Shown here in pieces: positions 57,827 through 64,000 of a stretch of DNA of 64,000 bases. Origin of the DNA: an uncultured Methylomirabilota bacterium (GTDB taxonomy: Bacteria; Methylomirabilota; Methylomirabilia; Methylomirabilales; 2-02-FULL-66-22); contig OY970067.1 in NCBI GenBank assembly GCA_963705305.1, positions 192,001 through 256,000 on the forward strand. The letters are read 5' to 3'. Under the pieces are notes generated by a model that was not told the DNA's origin, did no database searches, and worked only from the letters and a program-made list of their open reading frames with translations. Within the stretch, counting starts at the first letter, position 1; each line of letters begins with the position of its first letter. The position numbers were made by a program, and so were the translations under genes.

Positions 57827-58354
57827 ATGGGCTCCGCCCTCCTGATCACGGGCCCACCGGGGGTTGGGAAGACGACCCTGGTCCGCAGCCTGGTCGCCGA
57901 GCTGCCCGTGCGGGCGGGAGGGTTCTTCACCGAGGAGATCCGCGAGAACGACCGGCGCGTCGGGTTCCGCGTCACCAGCCTGGACGGCCGCACGGGGATG
58001 ATGGCCCACGTGAAGGGCGGTGCGGGACCCCGGGTCGGACCCTACTACGTGGACGTGGCGACCTTCGAGGCCGTGGGGGTGGCGGCCCTGGAGGCCGCCG
58101 CGCGCGACGCCGACCTAGTCGTGGTGGATGAGATCGGGAAGATGGAGTTGTGCTCCTCCCGCTTCATCGCCACCCTGGAGGCCGCGCTGGCCTCCCCCAC
58201 GCCGATCCTGGGGACGATCCTCCAGGCCCCCCACCCATGGACGGACGCGCTGAAGCGACGCCCCGGCGTGGATCTGTACCGGCTCACCTCCCGCAACCGC
58301 CAACACCTGCAGGACGCCCTGCTGGCCCGGCTGACGACGGAGGCCGCTTCGTGA
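57827..58354 (+). CDS. nucleoside-triphosphatase THEP1 (NTPase_1)
   Basis: ITGPPGVGKTTL, GGFFTEEIR...RVGF, VDEIGKMEL. Confidence 0.92.
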   Translation: MGSALLITGPPGVGKTTLVRSLVAELPVRAGGFFTEEIRENDRRVGFRVTSLDGRTGMMAHVKGGAGPRVGPYYVDVATFEAVGVAALEAAARDADLVVVDEIGKMELCSSRFIATLEAALASPTPILGTILQAPHPWTDALKRRPGVDLYRLTSRNRQHLQDALLARLTTEAAS

Positions 58355-59274
58355 GCTTGCCCTTCGGCGGCCTGGTCACGTTCGTCCAGGTCCCCCGCTA
58401 CGATCCGGGCGAAGCCCCCGCCCCCCAGGCGGCGGTCCTGGGGATTCCCACCGACGAGGCCACCACGCAGCACCCGGGCGCGCGCTACGGCCCTCGGGCC
58501 ATCCGGGACGCCTCCACCCAGTTTCCCTACTTCAAGCGGGGAGGCGGATACTTCGATCCCGAGCGGAGCCGTCCCATGCTCGCCGACCTCACGCTGCGCG
58601 ATGCCGGGGACGTGGAGATCGTTCCCACCCTCCCCCGCGAGAACGGCGCGCGGATCGCCGAAGCGGCCGCCGCGCTGCTGGGCCGCGAGATCTTCCCCAT
58701 CTGTCTGGGCGGCGATCACAGCGTCACCCCGCACATCCTGACCGCCTTCGCGCTCATCCCCGTGCACCTGATCCAGATCGACGCCCACATGGACTTCGTG
58801 GACCGGCTGGGCGGGGCTTCGGCCACGCACGCCAGCCCCATGCGCCGCGCCCGCGAGCTGCCCCAGGTGCGCAGCCTGACCCAGATCGGCATCCGCAGCA
58901 TCGTGTCCGGGGCCGAGGATTACGACGCCGCCCGGGCGGCCGGGAATCGCATCATCACCTCGGCCCGGGTCCTGGAGGGACGGGAGGGGGACTGGTGCGC
59001 CGACCTGGAGGGGGACGCCTACCTCACCATCGATATCGACGCCTTCGATCCCGCCGCCGCCCCGGGGACCGGTTTTGCCGAGCCGGGGGGCTTGCAGTTT
59101 CGCGACGTCGTCCGTCTGGTGCGGACGCTCGCGTCCCGGCTCCGTCTCCGGGGCATGGATCTGGTCGAGGTCAACCCCTACCTGGATCCCAGCCGGCGCA
59201 CCGCCGTTCTGGCTGCCCGCACGATTCTCGAAGTGCTGAGCGGGGTCTTCGATCCGCCGATCCCCCCTGCCTGA
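58351..59274 (+). CDS. agmatinase/ureohydrolase family protein
   Basis: GARYGP.AIR, GGDHS, DAH.D, DID..DP..APGTG..EPGG, VEVNP. Confidence 0.9.
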   Translation: MSLPFGGLVTFVQVPRYDPGEAPAPQAAVLGIPTDEATTQHPGARYGPRAIRDASTQFPYFKRGGGYFDPERSRPMLADLTLRDAGDVEIVPTLPRENGARIAEAAAALLGREIFPICLGGDHSVTPHILTAFALIPVHLIQIDAHMDFVDRLGGASATHASPMRRARELPQVRSLTQIGIRSIVSGAEDYDAARAAGNRIITSARVLEGREGDWCADLEGDAYLTIDIDAFDPAAAPGTGFAEPGGLQFRDVVRLVRTLASRLRLRGMDLVEVNPYLDPSRRTAVLAARTILEVLSGVFDPPIPPA

Positions 59275-59330
59275 CGCGAGGGCGCTGGGGAGCGGGGGCG
59301 AGGGGGCGCACCGCTTCGCTCGGGCGCAGA

Positions 59331-59504
59331 GGCGCTGGGGAGCTCCGGAATTCAAAATTGGAGAACACGTATCTCACGCAAAGCACGCAAAGGTCGCAAA
59401 GAGAAGCTGAACAGGAAGGTGGATTACAGAACCACTGACTACTGACCCCTGCCTACTGGAAATGGCGATCTTTGCGTGAGATCAGGCTCGGTTTCTTCCT
59501 CACG
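59331..59504 (+). repeat. composite intergenic repeat, copy 3
   Basis: ggcgctggggagctccggaattc.aaattggagaacacgtatctcacgcaaagcacgcaaaggtcgcaaag ... gatcaggctcgg, as at 44902-45090. Confidence 0.88.
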
Positions 59505-59587
59505 GTCGCAGCTCTTGCTCCGGTTCACCGGTTCCCCGGCTCACCGATTCGCCGCACGGGAGCCACCGCAGGAGAGCGCACTCTGGA

Positions 59588-60541
59588 TCAGGGCGCGCCG
59601 CCCCCGGTGAATTCCCGATCGGCCAGTTCGGCCGCGTAGCGGGGGAAGACGCGGCGCACGGCCGCCAGGTCCTCGGCCCAGAGGAAGCGGGGGAGCATGA
59701 CCTTGGTGAAAGCCCGGCTGCCGACGAATTGCACGCCCGCAGACGCCACGGGGTGCCCGTCCGGCGTCACGACCATTGCCTGCGTCTGCCACACCCGCTC
59801 CTTGGGATCGTCCGTTCGCACCGCGGACCGCACCCCCAGTGCCAGCAGGGGCGCCTCGTGCGGCACCGGCGGCCCCAGCAGGAGCGACACTCGGTTCGAC
59901 AGCCCGCACTCCCCCTGACGGAGCGCCCCCAGCCACCATCCCAGCTCGTCGCACACGATGGCAAAATACCCGGGAAAGAGGCTGCCGTCGCGGCAGCGAA
60001 AGTGGCCCTGGGGCGCCAGCCGCTTCCACATGAACTCGTCATTGTACGCGAAGCGGATCTGGGCCCCCCGCGGGTTGCGCTGGCCGCACCCCAGGCAGAA
60101 TTCGTAGGCCGGCACCTCGAACGCGTCGTGGCGGGATGCCTCCCAGCCGCGGGGCGCCTCCGGCGCGGGGGCCGGGAGCGAAGCGGCTCCCGGAGAGATC
60201 TCCGCCTCCGCGATCGGACTGCCGTCGCGCAGGATGCGACTGACCCATCCCGCCGGTGTGGCTGCCGCCTCGACCTCCAGAGCCGTCTCCAGCGGAAGCG
60301 CCCGGTGCAGCGTGACATCGACGCGAAGCGGTCGGGGCAGAACGACCTCCCCGCCCCGCTCGCCCGCCAGGAGGCGCACCAGCTCCACGAGCATGGCGGC
60401 CACTCCGCCCCCGTGCCCCGTCTCGGGCGGGCCCTGGAGGTCGGACGGAAACTGCACCCGGGCATGCAGCTGATCCGACCCCATCGCCGTGGCGGCGAGG
60501 CAGTTGCGCAGGTACTCTTCCATCGGCTCACCGCTGGCCAT
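59588..60541 (-). CDS. double hotdog-fold (thioesterase-like) protein
   Basis: GPP..GHGG, C..CG..NP.G, G......DE. Confidence 0.65.
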   Translation of the reverse strand: MASGEPMEEYLRNCLAATAMGSDQLHARVQFPSDLQGPPETGHGGGVAAMLVELVRLLAGERGGEVVLPRPLRVDVTLHRALPLETALEVEAAATPAGWVSRILRDGSPIAEAEISPGAASLPAPAPEAPRGWEASRHDAFEVPAYEFCLGCGQRNPRGAQIRFAYNDEFMWKRLAPQGHFRCRDGSLFPGYFAIVCDELGWWLGALRQGECGLSNRVSLLLGPPVPHEAPLLALGVRSAVRTDDPKERVWQTQAMVVTPDGHPVASAGVQFVGSRAFTKVMLPRFLWAEDLAAVRRVFPRYAAELADREFTGGGAP

Positions 60542-60553
60542 TCCTTCTCCCGT

Positions 60554-60979
60554 TCAGCCCCCGCTCGGCGAAGCGGAGGACGCCGGCTGCGCCAGGGACC
60601 GGATGTATGCCACGATGGCCCCGATCTCCGCGTCGGAAAGCTTCATCCCCCAGGCCGGCATGGCGTTGGATCGGCCGAACTGGGACCCGCCCTTCTTGAT
60701 GATTGCCGCCAGGAACGCGTCGTCCACCTTGCGCATGGCGGCGGCATCGCTGAAGTCCGGCAGGCGCTGCCCGATCACCGCGGCGGCTGGACCATCCCCT
60801 TTCCCCGACCGGCCGTGGCACTCGGCGCAATGCTCGGCGTACAGCGCCCGCCCGCCGGGAGACGGGCCGGGGGCGGATCCGTGCCGGCCGCTCAAGAGCG
60901 CGGTGCCCCCCATGATCGCGCCCGCCAGGCCGGCGGCCGCCAGCAATCCGATCAGGGTGCTTCGTCCGGGACGCTGCAT
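60554..60979 (-). CDS. monoheme cytochrome c
   Basis: signal/anchor, CAECHG..GKGDGP, distal Met in AMPAW. Confidence 0.9.
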   Translation of the reverse strand: MQRPGRSTLIGLLAAAGLAGAIMGGTALLSGRHGSAPGPSPGGRALYAEHCAECHGRSGKGDGPAAAVIGQRLPDFSDAAAMRKVDDAFLAAIIKKGGSQFGRSNAMPAWGMKLSDAEIGAIVAYIRSLAQPASSASPSGG

Positions 60980-61042
60980 GCGCGCTCGAGGCCTCCCGAC
61001 GCGAGAGCAGCGGCCGGCGCCCGCGGCGGGGGACGCAGGCCG

Positions 61043-61237
61043 CTAGCCCTGCTTGACCGCCATCTCTGCGCGCACGTATCCGAGGGTCCGGAGGTATTTC
61101 TCCCCCTCGGCCGACTTCAGGAAGGTCACCAGGTAGTCGCCGAGGTTTCGCAGCATGTGCGGCGGAATCACCGTCGGGGTGCCAAAGGCGTTCCACACCG
61201 TGATCATGTGATGCAGGGTCTTGACGTCGTCGGTCAT
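61043..61237 (-). CDS. small hypothetical protein
   Basis: AGGAG SD before ATG 61237; GC3-biased codons. Confidence 0.55.
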   Translation of the reverse strand: MTDDVKTLHHMITVWNAFGTPTVIPPHMLRNLGDYLVTFLKSAEGEKYLRTLGYVRAEMAVKQG

Positions 61238-61381
61238 CGTCTCGCCGCTCCTGTCTTGAGTTGCGTCGCCGTTCGTCCGTGTCCGGACACCGTGGAATCT
61301 CGCCTCCATCCGCCTGGAGGGCTGCCTCGGCGAGGCTACGCAAACCCGCTGCGGATGTCAAGGATCGCCTTCCGGGCCCAG

Positions 61382-61527
61382 CAGGCTGCTGAAAAAGGCC
61401 CATCTGCGGCGTTGACGCGCTCCCGCGACGCTGCGACGTACGCGTAAGTACGCCTCGCGTCTGCACCCATCCTCACGGATAGGTACCCGGCGCGTCGCCT
61501 TGCATCTGGACCTTTTTGAGCAGCCTG
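61382..61527. mobile_element. 146-bp MITE-like element with about 26-bp TIRs
   Basis: caggctgctgaaaaaggcccatctgc vs revcomp of right end caggctgctcaaaaaggtccagatgc. Confidence 0.8.
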
Positions 61528-61555
61528 GGGGGAAAGCGGGTTTCTCGGCATCCTA

Positions 61556-62566
61556 CTAACCCGGAATCCCCACTACCTTGCACAGCAGGTAGGCCGCCGC
61601 GCCGATGGCCGCAGCCCCGGGAACCGTCAAGACCCAGGCCCAGACGATGCGTCCGGCGACCCCCCAACGCACGGCCGAGAACTTGCGCACGGACCCCGTG
61701 CCCACGATTGCCCCCGTGATCGTGTGGGTGGTGGAGACCGGAATCCCCAGGGTCGTCGCCAGGAACAGCGAGGCGGCGCCGCTCGTCTCCGCACAGAAGC
61801 CTCCGATGGGCGCCAGCTTGGTGATGCGCATACCCATCGTCCGCACGATGCGCCAGCCGCCGCTCATGGTTCCGAGCCCCATGGCCGCGTGACACGACAG
61901 GACGACCCAGAGCGGGATAGGCGCGTGCCCCCCGCCCGGCGCGTACTGGTAGAGTCCCTGGGAGGCCAGCGCCGCCACGATGATCCCCATCGTCTTCTGG
62001 GCGTCGTTGGCCCCGTGGCCGAGCGAATAGAGCGCCGCGGAGACGAGCTGCAGCTTGCGGAACGTGCGATCCAGCGGCCCCGGCGCATGCCCGCCCAGGA
62101 AGAACACCAGGGCCCGCATCACCAGGACGGCCAGCCCCAGGCCGAGCATGGGGGAGACGACGATGAACGCCACGGTCTTGAGGAAAAAAGGGGCGTCCAA
62201 AGAGCCCACGCCCGCCTTCACGATAGCGGCCCCGGCCAGCCCGCCCAACAGGGCGTGGGAGGAGGAAGTCGGCAGCCCCCACAACCATGTCAGCAGGTCC
62301 CAGACGATGGCTCCCGTGAGTCCCGCGGCCACCAGGGTGAGGGTCACCACGCTGGGTTCGACCCCTTTGGCGATGTTGGACGCCACCCGGGTCTCGAAGA
62401 CCAGAAAGGCCACGAGATTGAAGAAGGCCGCCCAGACGACCGCGATCCGGGGAGTGAGGACCCGTGTGGAGACCACGGTGGCGATGGAGTTGGCGGCGTC
62501 GTGAAACCCGTTGATGAAATCGAACACCAGGGCCAGCGCGATGATGGCGATCAGCGTCAGCGTCAT
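61556..62566 (-). CDS. pit: inorganic phosphate transporter (PiT family)
   Basis: NGFHDAANSIAT, GLPTSSSHAL, HGANDAQK, PVSTTH. Confidence 0.93.
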   Translation of the reverse strand: MTLTLIAIIALALVFDFINGFHDAANSIATVVSTRVLTPRIAVVWAAFFNLVAFLVFETRVASNIAKGVEPSVVTLTLVAAGLTGAIVWDLLTWLWGLPTSSSHALLGGLAGAAIVKAGVGSLDAPFFLKTVAFIVVSPMLGLGLAVLVMRALVFFLGGHAPGPLDRTFRKLQLVSAALYSLGHGANDAQKTMGIIVAALASQGLYQYAPGGGHAPIPLWVVLSCHAAMGLGTMSGGWRIVRTMGMRITKLAPIGGFCAETSGAASLFLATTLGIPVSTTHTITGAIVGTGSVRKFSAVRWGVAGRIVWAWVLTVPGAAAIGAAAYLLCKVVGIPG

Positions 62567-63183
62567 GAGTACTCCAGAACCAGTCCCCCGATCTGGTCTG
62601 CGACGTCCTCGCACCGATCCAAGGCCGTCTCCAGATGATCGTAGACCTCCCGCCACTTCATGACCTCGAGCGGGTCGTTCTCCCTCCGGTACAGCCTGCC
62701 CAGGACCTGCCGGTACAGCTCGTCGCCCTCGTTCTCGATCTCGTTGAGGGTCTCGCACAGCTTGAGGATCTCCTCGGATCGCTTCATGTCATTCAGGAGG
62801 CTCACGGCCTGATGCATTGCCTGGGACGCCACCAGGATGAACCGGGCCATGGCCACAGCCTCCGGCGGGGTCGTCTGAAATTCGAAGAGCAGCACCCGCT
62901 TGGCCGTAGCATGGATCAGGTCCAGCACGTCGTCCAGCCGCGAAATCAGATCCTGGATGTCTTGCCGATCGAAGGGGGTGATCCAGGTTGCTCGCAGCGT
63001 GCGGACCATATCGTGCAGGATCTTGTCCCCCTGGTGCTCGTCCGCCTCGATCTGCACGGGCAGATCGGCGCGGGTGGGATGCTCGAACAGCTCCAGGAGC
63101 ATCGCCGCCGCCCGGGCCGTCAGCGCCGCGTGCTGGCAGAAGGCATCGAAGAATCGCTGGTCGACTCTCTTGGGTCCCCACAT
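62563..63183 (-). CDS. DUF47/PhoU-like phosphate transport regulator
   Basis: EH.GD, ITPFDRQDI, LDDVLD, ENEGD, LE...DRCEDVA; directly upstream of pit. Confidence 0.9.
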   Translation of the reverse strand: MWGPKRVDQRFFDAFCQHAALTARAAAMLLELFEHPTRADLPVQIEADEHQGDKILHDMVRTLRATWITPFDRQDIQDLISRLDDVLDLIHATAKRVLLFEFQTTPPEAVAMARFILVASQAMHQAVSLLNDMKRSEEILKLCETLNEIENEGDELYRQVLGRLYRRENDPLEVMKWREVYDHLETALDRCEDVADQIGGLVLEYS

Positions 63184-63405
63184 TGGCTTGTCCTCATGTC
63201 TGATGTTTCTTCGCCCTTCCACGGATCGCCCGGAGGCACCCAGCACAGCTGGGTCGAGCGCGCCCCGCCTGCCGACCTCGGCGCCCGGATCGGAAGCCCC
63301 GACCGCGCGACAACGCTTGACAGATGCGAGACCGGAAGCCTAATCTGCAGGCCGTCAGCCGGACATGCGCCGGCCTACTCTTTCCCTCTGGATGGAGCGT
63401 CCGAC

Positions 63406-63789
63406 ATGAGCAAAGCCCCCGAACGGCGGCAAGGTCGCCGCATCACCATCGCGGGCCGCCCCGGCGGTCGCGTCCGCGTCACCCTGGAGGCCCGCCTCCT
63501 CGATCTCAGCACCAGCGGGGCCCGGATCGAGCACTTCAACGTCCTCCGGCCCGGATTCACCTGCACCCTCGAGTTCCCCGCCGCCCTGGGCCCCCTCGTC
63601 CTCCCCGTGCGGGTCGCCCGCAGCACGGTGGTGGGCACGGATTCCGGCAGCGCAGGCGAGCGGCTCCTCCGCTACGAGAGCGGGGTGATGTTCGTCGGAC
63701 TCACGCCGGAGCAGCAGCGCGGCCTCGACGAGATCCTGTCGCACCTGCTCCCCCGGGAGGATCTTGGGGAAGGGCGGCTCATCCTCTGA
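63406..63789 (+). CDS. PilZ domain protein
   Basis: ERRQGRR (RxxxR) and DLSTSGA (DxSxxG). Confidence 0.85.
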   Translation: MSKAPERRQGRRITIAGRPGGRVRVTLEARLLDLSTSGARIEHFNVLRPGFTCTLEFPAALGPLVLPVRVARSTVVGTDSGSAGERLLRYESGVMFVGLTPEQQRGLDEILSHLLPREDLGEGRLIL

Positions 63790-64000
63790 CGATGCCGAAG
63801 TCACCTCCCTGTCCCGCGCCATGCGCCTCCCGCGCGCTCACAGATCGACGGCATGTCCGGTGTGGGTGACAACCCCGGCCGACGCCTAAAGCGCCACGGA
63901 CAACCCCGGCCACCCTGTGATAAGAATATCCGCGTCGTCACGGGCGTCTTGCCGGGGACGGGAATGCGGGCGGGGCGACACCCTGCGCGCAGGAGTCGCG

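Overview
High-GC bacterial DNA. The gene and repeat content suggests a Methylomirabilota/NC10-Rokubacteria-like genome, but this is inference only. There is no rRNA, intact tRNA or CRISPR array. Layout: (1) 1-12.2 kb carries TetR, a branched-chain amino-acid-type ABC operon, an aldo-keto reductase and a GAF/sigma54 activator. (2) 12.5-30 kb is an accessory sugar-acid/organic-acid catabolic island: GntR, orphan SBP, two COG4091 SAF-domain oxidoreductases, PdxA2, Hyi, a beta-hydroxyacid dehydrogenase, an amidohydrolase, a URO-D-like gene and an OFA transporter split by a 201-bp MITE. It also holds two IS630 elements and a group II intron remnant. (3) 30.4-42.2 kb is the most interesting part: an integron-like array of one- or two-gene cargo blocks. 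The blocks are separated mostly not by attC sites but by repeated non-autonomous elements with GGGGACGT...ACGTCCCC ends. Six of these elements retain the decayed 5' end of a Y1/HUH (RAYT-like) transposase gene, and three carry a conserved promoter-structured RNA-terminator module. One canonical attC site lies inside the array. Cargo includes a DsbA/FrnE selenoprotein with an in-frame TGA (missed by the ORF track), an FRG protein, a HEPN-like protein and a TA pair. (4) 42.2-64 kb is core-like: thyX, hydantoinase A/B, nitrilase, a DUF1998 helicase-RNase H fusion, pmtA-like, moeA, DUF151, TPR, NTPase, agmatinase, cytochrome c, pit-DUF47 and PilZ, with dispersed intergenic repeats. Family calls come from motif recognition by eye; no database searches were run.
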